Origin: Mobula hypostoma
Taxonomy: Eukaryota
Reading direction: 5' to 3'
Length of the DNA: 64,000 nt
NCBI RefSeq assembly: GCF_963921235.1
Contig: NC_086097.1
Span: 79,052,001-79,116,000 of the forward strand
Shown here: in pieces, positions 50,625-61,008 of the stretch
How positions within the stretch are numbered: the stretch's first letter is position 1
Layout: each line of letters starts with the position of its first letter
Program-made: the position numbers and the translations under genes
The notes under the pieces: model-generated
The model's database searches: none
What the model was told of the DNA's origin: nothing
Seen by the model: only the letters and a program-made list of their open reading frames with translations

Positions 50625-52182
50625 CAGGTGTCCCCTGCTTTTCGAACATGCGATTTACGAAATCTCACTGTTACGAAAGACCTACATTAGTTACCTGTTT
50701 TCGTTAACAGAAGGTGTTTTCACTGTTACGAAAAAAAAGACAGCACGTGAGAAAAGCAGCGCACAGAAAAAGTAGCGCGCGCCCCGAGCAGCCGCTCCTC
50801 CCCCGGATTCGGAACGGCATTGCTTAAACACGTGCCTGTGAGTATCTGTAAGCAAGATGAGTTCTAAGGTATCGGAAAAGCCTAAAAGAGCTCGTAAGGG
50901 TGTTACACTTAGCGTAAAACTAGAAATAATTAAGCGTTTTGATCCTGGTGAACAAAGTAAGGACAAAGTGAGTTTGGCTTGTGGAAGTTGACGAAGTTGA
51001 TGTTGAAGAGGTTTTGGCATCCCATGACCAAGAACTGATAGATGAAGAGCTGATGCAATTGGAAGAGGAAAGGATAACAATCGAAACCGAATGAGTAATG
51101 ACAAATTACAACTTTAATTTTGAAAGGGTACGTTGATTTAGGGCATATTTTCAAGATGGTTTGAGTCCTTACAAGGAACTGTATGATAGAAAAATATGGG
51201 AGGCTCAGCAGTCAAGCGTACTGTCGTTTTTCAAGCCTTCCACATCAGCCACAGCAGACGACGAACCTCGACCTTCGACATCGATGTGGGCAGTCATAGG
51301 AGAAGATGAGCTGCCTGCTCTAATGGAAACAGATGATGATGAGATGACACCCCAGTGTCCCACCACCCCAACCCCCAGGCCACGGACAGCTTCCGATTTG
51401 CAGAAAATGCAACGGTAGCCGGGAGGCACACAGCACATCTTTAAGAAAAAAGCCGAAATAAACATGTCAATTAATTAGGTGCCGCCCGACACATAATTGT
51501 CAGCCCAGATCAGAGGCGATGCAATCAGCAATCGGCACTGTTCTGGGCCGACAATTACGTGCCGGGATGCACCTAATTAATCAGCATGTTTATTTCGGCT
51601 TTTTTCTTAAAGATGTGCTGTGTGCCTCCCGGCTACTGCTGCATGCTTCACGGATCGGTATCGGTTCGCTGCCCAAAGGGTGGGGGCCACTGCATCACCC
51701 CAGCCTGCGATGACTCAGTCTAACACACCATCATCAGTGTGCTCCGCGCTTTCCCAATTCCGGTAAGTGATACTACACCGTACATACATTATTTCTACTT
51801 TATATCGGCTGTGTAATTTTACGTGTTATTTGGTATGATTTGGCAGCTTCATAGCTTAAAGGTTACTGGAGAGCGCTTGCACCGTGTTTTTGCCGACGGC
51901 GCTTTTCGCTACGGAGAACAGTTCAGGCAATGATTGTGGAAAAGTAGTTCTACTTTATATAAGCTGTGTATTTATCATATCATTCCTGCTTTTACTATAT
52001 GTTACTGTTATTTTTGGTTTTATTTGTTATTTGGCATGATTTGGTAGGTTAATTTTGGGTCTGCGAACGCTCACAATATTTTCCCATATAAATAAATGGT
52101 AATTGCTTCTTCGCTTTACGACATTCCGGCTTATGAACCCTTTCAGAGGAACACTCTACCTTCAGATGGCGGGGGAAGCCTG
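50625..52182 (+). mobile_element. Internally deleted pogo/Tigger transposon inside L1 ORF2
   Basis: TA at both ends; imperfect TIRs caggtgtcccctgc and caggcttcccccgc; from ATG 50857 MSSKVSEKPKRARKGVTLSVKLEIIKRF (CENP-B-type HTH) fused to an acidic C-terminal remnant. Confidence 0.8.
51353..51692. mobile_element. Palindromic hAT-MITE-related segment inside the Tigger
   Basis: Shares sequence with the MITE at 42665-42892; perfect 52-bp inverted arms at 51415-51466 and 51585-51636. Confidence 0.7.
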
Positions 52183-53088
52183 TAACTCTAATATTTTATT
52201 CCTTATTTTTTTCTTATATAAGATATCACTATAATTTTCCCTCTTAAGACAGCCTTCAGATATCCCATAGAATGGGAGGTGAAACCTCTCCATTATCATT
52301 GAATTCTAAGTAAAGACCAATTTCTTTTTTAATTTGTTCCTTAAAGTAGGGGTCATTGAGTAGACTTGAATTTAGTTTCCAAATAGTATTCTTTGGTTGT
52401 AGGTCAAAATCAACAGATAGATATAAAGGTGCATGGTTACTTACACCTATTATCCCAATTCCACAGGTGTTTATTTTGCCTTTGTCTTTTCCAAATGTTA
52501 TGAAATAGTCTATTCTTCTATATACAGAATGGGGGGCAGAATAATTAGTGTAATCCCTTCTGTTAGGGAAAAGGTCCCGCCATATATCAATTAAACCAAC
52601 ATCCTCAAAAAGTGTATTAATTTTCTTATGTAAGGATTTTGTTTCATAGGTTTTTCTATTGGAAGAGTCTAACTTTGGTTGTAATTGTAAATTTAAGTCT
52701 CCCCCACATATCAGGAGACCTTCTGTTTCTGTTAGCATAATACAGTATTAGTAATTTTCTGAAAGAAACTAATATCACTTCCAGGGGATGCATATATATT
52801 CAATAGAGTAACTGAATTTCCATCTACAAACATATATATTTCCCCTTACCAGAATATATCTGCCCCATCATGTCCCATTTCAAATACTTTTTCAAAATTT
52901 AGCTTGCTTGAGATAAGAATAACAACTCCTCTCCTATGTCCTGATTTATATGAGGAGAAAAACAAATTATTGACGCCCATTCTCTTAGTTTTCCATGCTC
53001 ATTATCACTTCTGAGCTTCCTGTAAATATACTACATGGGCTTGTTCTTTTTTCATTTTGAATAGAATTTTACTGCGTTTGATTGGATT

Positions 53089-53716
53089 TTTTTTTTTAAG
53101 ATTATGAAGACACGCAGTCCTCTTTTATTGTCATTTAGTATGCATGCATTAAGAAATGATACAATATTTCCTCCGGTGTGATATCACAAAATACAGGACA
53201 GACCAAGACTGAAAAAAACTAACAAAACCACATAATTATAACATACAGTTACAACAGTGCAACAATACCATAACTTGATGAAGAAGTCCATGAGCACAGT
53301 AAAAAGTTCAAAGTCTCTCAAATGTCCCACATCTCATGCAGACGGGAGAAGGAAGAAAAACTCTCCCTGCCATACCCGACCACGGTCCGACTCTGAGTCA
53401 TCCGAAAACTTCGAGCTCTGATCAGCTCTCTGACACCGAGTACTAAGCGCCATCTCTATCCGAATGATTGGACCTCCTTCTCAGTCGCCAACAGCAGGCA
53501 AAGCCGGGGATTTTGAGGCCTTCCCTCTGAAAGATTCCCGACCGCGCAGTAACGACAGCAGCAAACGAGCGTTTCAGTAATCTTTCCAGATGTTCCTCTA
53601 TGCTTTCACGTCCCTCTCCATCAAATCAGAATTGCCCACGGGCCCTATTTAACGGATACGATATCATTTTTCACCGGAGGGCTGTGGACGTGCGGCGCAC
53701 TGCTTTCTCTCCTTCT
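53089..53716 (-). mobile_element. About 630-bp non-coding poly(A) retroposon inserted in the L1 endonuclease region
   Basis: AATAAA and A-tail on the minus strand; splits the SFNVNG…NPIKRSKI reading frame; no TSD visible. Confidence 0.7.
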
Positions 53717-55629
53717 GCCCATTGACATTAAAAGAAATGAATTTTACTTTGTCCTTAACCATGCGTATTTATCTGTCAATATATCATTGAAATTAGCAGA
53801 ATAAAACTTAATTGATCTACTCCCTGAACAAATAAGAACCAATAAATGCGAATAATAAAAAAAAGGCAATGAAGGTGTGATTCCAAGGCTGAAGTCTCTA
53901 GTAGATGACCCTGGGTTGAGCTAGAGGAAATGTCTAGCCGTGGGGGATAGCCCCTCCTCCCTGTGAGTTGGGGCCCCCATTACAGTGCCCATAAAAGTAA
54001 GTGAACAAGTCTATGTCCATTACACAGAAAAGATTTCCCTGTGTATTCCTCTTATATATATATCTTTTCTGTGTAATGGAACTCTTTTTCCCCCACCTAA
54101 ATGTGTGTGTGTATATATATATATATATATACACACACTCATTTAGATGGGGGAAAAGGAGTGAATGAATGAATAAAACAAAATTGAGTAATATAAAATC
54201 CACATTATAATAAGTATTTCTTGAAATAGGTATAGCACCGTCTATTTTTGCTGCTGTTTATCTTATCAACACTTTTAAAGTTAGCCAAACCTTTTGGCTC
54301 TTCTGGAGGGGGTGAGGGCTGTCTTCGGAAAACACAGTCGCTTCCTGATATTCTCTCGCCCTCCTCCCATCCCCGGCTTTCTCGGTTCTCTTACTATTTC
54401 CCAAGCAGATTGGGATAACTGCTCAGCCAGGCTTTCCCTTGGTTTGATCACGCTGACGGGCAGCCCTCTGTTCCTCATGTCTTTGGTTGCCTCTTCCACT
54501 CTCTGATTCAGTTGCATACCATCTTCATAAAACACCCACAGTTTAGCAGGGAACGGAGTTTGGAATCTAATCTTTCCTTGCTTTAATATTCACTATACTG
54601 CAGAGTATTCCTTATGTTTCTGCAGGACCGCCAGGGGGTAATCTTGATCGAAATATATTAATTTCCCAACCAAAAACACCCTCTTCTTATGCGTGGCTTA
54701 TCTTCTCTGTCTCCAGTAGGCCTCGGGACGAGCGCACAATGCGCCCTCTCAATTTCAAGTTCCATAGTGGAGGGAATCTCTAGCGCATCCCACAGCAACT
54801 TTCCTACAAACTCCATCATAGACAAACCCTCCGCTCCTTCGGGAACATTGTATATCCTGATACTTTTCCGTCATGATCTTCCCTCCTGGTCGATCAGTTT
54901 ACTTTCTTGTTGATTTAATATTTTTATTGTCTTACTTAGTATCCATTCCACATTTTGCACGTGATCTTCTACCTTCCCAATTCGAGTCTCTGCCACCGCT
55001 ATTTTTTTGATTGACGTTGGCAAGCTCTGACTTGATATCATTGAGTTGCTGTTTTATATCTTTTTGGAATCCCCGTATCTCTTCCAGAGCTTTTATCATA
55101 TTTGCCGCTTTGCCTGAACGAGGCCCATCGTCAGCCTCGCGAGCATGCGTTCAGGGAGGAGAGCCGCGCGTTGCACCGCTCTCGTCCATAGGCTCCGCAA
55201 TGATGCTCTTTTTATCTCCATTATTTTTTCCCTTTCTTGCCCCCCTTATCAATTCAGATATTTTAGAAAAAAATCTTATTCTTGATCGATTAACGGGGAA
55301 ATATATGCGTTTTTCCAGAGGAGCTATTGATTTAAGCTGCCATTCTGGACAATGACGTCACTGGAACCCATTATCTGTAGAATCTAAGGTACAGTTTTCT
55401 AAGAAAAGCCATTTGCTTTTCAATAATTCACATACTATATATACTACTGCTTTCTCCATGGGGAGTCGGTATCACAAACTAAAGTATCAGTTGCTGGATT
55501 CCCACCACTTCCGTCACCCAATACACCATTCCACATCCCTCGCTTCCCACCACCACCATTTAGGCTCAGTGATAAAGAGGCTATCTCAAATTTTCACAGG
55601 TTATTAAACAGCAGCATTGTTACAGGAAA

Positions 55630-56012
55630 ATTTGTATTTGTATTTGTATTTATTTTATTTCTTACATCCAAGGGAGTAAAAATCTTTATGTTGAAACTCT
55701 GTCACAATAAAAAGGGGAAATGTGGGAGGATATTGCCCAAACGCTAAAATTGTATACATAATTGTTTTGTATACATGTATGTACAGTCAGATATGCAATC
55801 AGATCAATGTGTATTGATAAATCTGATGGCCTGGTGACAGAAGCTGTCCCAGAGCCTATTGGTCCTTGCCTTAATGCTGCGGTACCGTTTGCTAGACAGT
55901 AGCAGCTGAAACAGTTTGTGGTTGGGGTGGTTGGAGTCCCTGATGATCCTCTGGGCCCTTTTTATGCATCTGCTGCTGTAAATGTTCTGAACAGAGGAAA
56001 GTTCACATCCAC
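55630..56012 (-). mobile_element. Rex1/L2-type LINE 3' end
   Basis: ORF 55804..56064 (IIRDSNHPNHKLFQLL…RYRSIKART); (caaata)n tail. Confidence 0.75.
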
Positions 56013-57749
56013 TGATTGGAAACTGCTGCTTGCACTCATTCTTCTCAGGGCAGATTCCATCCACCCAAATAACTGGAATTCTTGTTGAGATAAGACTCAG
56101 CTGCCCTCCTTCTGAAGTACCACTGATAGCATCATCTTTATGTCCGTAGTCCTAGTGGAAGGATGAAGACATGAAAGCAATCACCACACCCCACACAGCA
56201 CACCATACACAATGAAACAATAACTGGAGAATCTATCCTGGACCCTGCACACTAATATAGTTATACGAGGATGCAATAAGAAAACAAGCCCCTTGGTCAT
56301 GTTATACTATTCTACATGGCCCCATTTTTTAAAAAAGAATTCTCCCCACGTTCTTGTCAACTCCCTTCAGATTCTACCACTCACCTACACACCAGGGAAA
56401 ATTTACAGCACCCAATTAACCTACCACCAGCATGTCATTGAGATATGGAAGAAAATTGGGGTCATGGGTAACGATTCCCACCGAAATGATCCTACAATGT
56501 TGCCGGACTAGGTAGTTCCTGTGTTCTTGAGCCCATCATTTCTGATGTGTACAATATAGCTCGACTAAGCAGAATGAGATGCAAAATCAAACAATTAACA
56601 TGTATTTATATGGACATTGGATGAACATGGGATTATATGTCCCTACTATGTCCTCCAAAAGTCAAATAGCATGACAACAATCTTGGTCTTAGCCCATGAG
56701 TCAAAATCTTTTTAAAGGAGATGTCGTGGCTTCCTTCTGCTAATGGAATTCTGCCATCATGAAGCAAAATTAACCATATATTGGAAAACTAAACCAAGCG
56801 ATGATCTTTTCTTCAGTCATGATTGGTAAATATTGTCTGAAAACTGTTCGTTTACTTTACCTGTTAACACGGATGCCTGTGAAAGGGATAAGATGAGGGG
56901 CTTCCTACATAAAATGAAAATAGTGTTGAGACTCAACATCATGCCAGTCATGCCTTGTCCTTTGGGAAAGATGGTAATAGTAGCAATTAGAAACTACTTT
57001 TAGTTATGAAATTTCTTTTTGGCCAAGTGCACTTGATACCCTGCCAAAAAGAGCAGTAGCATTGAGCATTACTATAATTGGAAGTGATTTTTTTTTAAAA
57101 AGCAGCATTTTAGACCAGAAGTACTTCTTCATGCAACACAGCGTGAGAAACTTAAGCACAACATTTTTTTGTTATTTGTGCTTTTACTGAGAATATATAA
57201 CTGTGGCTCACAATATTATATTCACATCAGCATTTGACTCAATGCCCATGAAAATAGCTTGGAGAGCTTAGGAAGCAATTGATTTTCTATTCTCTTTGTT
57301 CCTTTTCACTTCCACCTTCTACTGAGAAAATAGATTCTCACCTATGCCACTTTGCCATAAATTAATCAGATTGTAAGAATGTCCTTACACCTCCACAGAA
57401 GAAAGACTTTCAGTTTACTGCAGAGAGCACTGGGCTATTTCTGTTAGACTCCATTATTGCTTTTCCTGTGTCAAAAATTGTTCTGTTGGTGGCTAGAAAG
57501 TAACTAATCTTGTATCAGCATGTCCTGATGCAATTATTTTTTTTAAATATTCTTTAAAAAAATACATTTTTTGTGGCGAATAACCAGCTTTGTTTTTTCC
57601 AGCAATGTTTGTTTCATTTTGGAGTAAGAGCATTCTGGTGAAAGGCAAGGTTCCATTCTTATGGATTAATTGTAACCCAAACAGTTCACAAGTCAGAAAG
57701 GCAACTGAACACTGCACCCCACAAAACCCACATATCCATCCTACTTGTT

Positions 57750-58502
57750 CTGTACATGGGGAGGACAAACCAGGATAGGACCTACACAATGGTAGGGAAC
57801 TGAGGAGTACATCGGAACAGAGGGATCTGCGAATACAGGTCCATAAATCCTTGAAAGGGGTGTCACAGGTAGAAAGGGTCGTAAAGAGAAATCTCGGCAC
57901 ATTGGCCTTCATAAATCAAAATGTTTAGTACAGGTGTTGAGATGTTATGCTGAAGTCGTATAAGATGTTAAAGGGACCAAATGTGATGCATTGTGCACAG
58001 TTCTGGTTACCTCCCTACAGGAAAAATATCAATAAGATTGAAAGAGTGTAGTGAAAAAGATGTTGCTGGGACCTACGATCTGAGCTACAGGTTTAGGTCG
58101 CATAGGTTAGGACTTCATTCCTGGAGGGTAGGCAAATGAGGGGAGATTGATAAAAGTTTGCAAAATTATGAGGGGTATAGATAGGGTAAATGCATGCAGG
58201 CTTTTTCCACTGAGCTTCAGTGAAACTTGAACTAGACATCATAGGTTAAGGGTGAAAGGTGAAATATTTAAGGGAAACCTGAGGGGGAGCTTCTTCACTC
58301 AGAAGGTGATGTGAGTGTGGAACAAGCTGCCAGAGGATGTAGTAAATGCAAGTTTGATTTCAATATTTAAGAGAAGTATGGATGCGAGGGGGTTGGAGGG
58401 CTATGGTCCATGTTTGGGTCAATGGGACTAGGCAGAATAACAGACCGGCACAGACTAGATGGGCTGATGGGCCTGTTTCTGTGCTGTCGTGCTCTATGAT
58501 TC
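57750..58502 (+). mobile_element. CR1 3' fragment
   Basis: Homologous to 36530-37290; ctctatgattcta tail. Confidence 0.85.
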
Positions 58503-58676
58503 TAGTCTCCCAAACACTTATTCATATGTATGTGCTGGACATAGTCATATGGTCTTATGGCATTCATAATCAGAGATAACATGTACATGAGATATTAATA
58601 CATTTTTTCTTTTCATAGGTGATGGTTGTACTACTCTATCCCCAGAACTTTGAAGTTACATTTCCAATTTATAATA

Positions 58677-60743
58677 CAATAGATTCCGGTTAATTGGAAC
58701 ACATCAGGACCTGTACATTTTGGCCCAATTAAGTGGCTGCCCCAGTTATCTGAAGTTTCACAGAAATCATTAAAAAGGTATAAAAAAGACAAATGGCAAT
58801 TTAACTGACTAATAAACTATGTATTTAAATGAAATACAGAACAAACTAGAACACTACCAATATTGCTACAATACTATAAAAACTAAATAAATTCATATTG
58901 GTAACTGACCGAGGAATTCATTAAGTGTAAGCTGGCATGTTCTTTTGATTGACTGTAAATTAACAAAATCAGGGCAGACACCTAGTGCAGATAATGGTTT
59001 GCCTTCATTGCCTTCCTACATGAAGTAATATCATAATTCAACAATATATTTCCTGGCATCCTGTGTAGTCACTAGCTCAGGTTCAGTTGTGTCGTCCTCA
59101 TCACTTTCTTCACCTTCATATTCCCCACCTTGGTGTTTTGATACTATACATACTCCAAATCTTCATTTTCATTGCAACATTCAAGGTGACTGTTGATACC
59201 TGCAAATTCTAAGTAGTTCCTTGTTGAAGTAGTGAAATCATTTCATTTTTACTCCCAACCGTTTCTGACGTCTCCCAGCTCGCAGTGAGGAAAACTATTC
59301 TGAATTGTCTTGCTGTTTATTTCTCACTAAATATCTCTGACAAACTGTACTGCCTGTAAAAGGTTAACCCGTACGCTCACTTCCTTGGCTATTGAAGATG
59401 TCAGTAGATTTTCTTCAATTGCTTTGAGAATGGTTCACCAACTTCCCCAAATACAATGTATTTAATTTTTTTATGATTCCAATATCCATTGGTTGCACCA
59501 AGGATGTTGCTCTGGCAGGCAGAAATTCCAGCTGTTTGTTTCTCAAACATTCTACATTCAGATGTGCTGCACAATTGTTAACAAGAAGAATTTTGCTTGA
59601 TTTCCACTGTAACTCCATATCCCAACTCATCAGCCATTTCCTAACAATTTCAGAAGTCACCCACACATTCTTATTAGCATAAGAATGCTGATAATGGCAA
59701 TAATGGATCGGAAAACTATCCAATCTTAGCCCCTTAAAGCATCGAGGTTTAACATTCTTCCCAATAAGCAATAATTTTTTCTTATCAATTTCTGACATAT
59801 TTGAACAACACAATTATCCACTCTATTGCTTTTTTTGAACATGATAGTGTTGTGTGTTTGTAGCAAAGGGAACCATCCAGCATGACACAATAAAAAAGCT
59901 CTGTTTCATTGGCATTGTAGATACCATCCACACAAAATCTTTGAAATAAGTCAGGGTATTTTGAAGTTTTCCATGTTTCAGCATCTACAGCACTAACTTC
60001 CTCGCTGTGTGCTTTCTTGAATTTAATGTGTTGCCTACATTTCCATTGAGACAACCAATAAATCTGTTGTTTTAAAATCTTCATGACCCAGCTTCTTAGC
60101 TAGCTCCTCTGACTTGTTTTTTTAACATTGTTCCGCTGACACTCACACCTCGTCCAGTTACAATGTAAAACCATTGACTGAGGGCCTCTTTAACATCTGG
60201 ATCCCTACCTTCAAGCTTTCTTTTTTCGAATGTTGCCTGTTCTCCCTCACATAATGCCCATTCTTCTTGCGGTTTGTCTTGTTGATGTATCAAGCATGCA
60301 ATTGTAGATTTCATCACTCCATTTATCTCTGCCAGCTGACGATGAGTGGTGATAGGTGGATGGCTTTTAATTTGGTCCAGAAGGGTAATTTTTTTCGGTT
60401 GGTGTCAAAACTTTTCATAGCATCTTGGCAAGGGTTTCAAAATTTTTTTTTTAAGTCAAATTGAAAATTAATATTAAAAATCAATGCCTCTTGAATCAGT
60501 GTCCATCAGCCCAAATGGATAACAAGCACACGCAACTGGCCCAACTGTTTGCTCTAAGCATGGTGCAGTGTCTAATTGCCACACTTGCATATGGGTGACT
60601 ATTGCCTGCCCCAACTAAGCAGCAGTGTGTCTTAAATGAACAAAGGGAATCGGCTATTTTCTCAATTTTTTTGTTCTTTAAGATTTGTTCCAAAGAAGCG
60701 GCTGCCCTGATTAACTGATGGTCCAATTAACTAGAATCCACTG
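58677..60743 (-). mobile_element. Near full-length decayed pogo/Tigger (TIGD4/6-like) DNA transposon
   Basis: TA flanks; TIRs caatagattccggttaattgg / ccaattaactagaatccactg; fragmented transposase with HTH and DDE motifs (IYNANETELF, IGK..KPRCFK, LLVNNCAAH, FLP…VQPMD.GII). Confidence 0.88.
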
Positions 60744-61008
60744 TATATGTTTCTTCCCCTTGCACAATTTATTTAAATTATGTTTTTAAATATTCATTCA
60801 CCAGTCCTTAACTCTCTTAAAAGTTAAAAATATGCATCTTGCTTAACTAGTTTCCTGTGCACTGACAGCTGTCAAAATTTAAATTTGAACAGGAAAAAAC
60901 ATCAATTCTAGTATTACTTCAGTAATTAGGAAGTTTCTATATTGGTTTATTTTAGTCACTCCTTTTTTTGGAAACCGCTAACCTATGCTACAACAACATC
61001 ATCCATTT

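Larger units (their letters stand above)
47575..55367 (-). mobile_element. Full-length decayed L1-clade LINE (ORF1 about 55248-54281; ORF2 53762-47797)
   Basis: 18-bp TSD ccattatctgtagaatct at 47557-47574 and 55368-55385; A-tail; ORF1 NIRIYNVPEGAEG…IERAH; APE GGDLN and RIDYF; RT YADDIL; KMNILPRLL. Confidence 0.93.

Noticed and set aside
56865..56910. Short minus-strand AG…GT segment as a possible exon
   Set aside because: No recognisable peptide and no neighbouring exons.
59415..60317. Host TIGD4/TIGD6 gene
   Set aside because: Multiple frameshifts, mutated catalytic residues and retained TIRs with TA flanks indicate a dead transposon.
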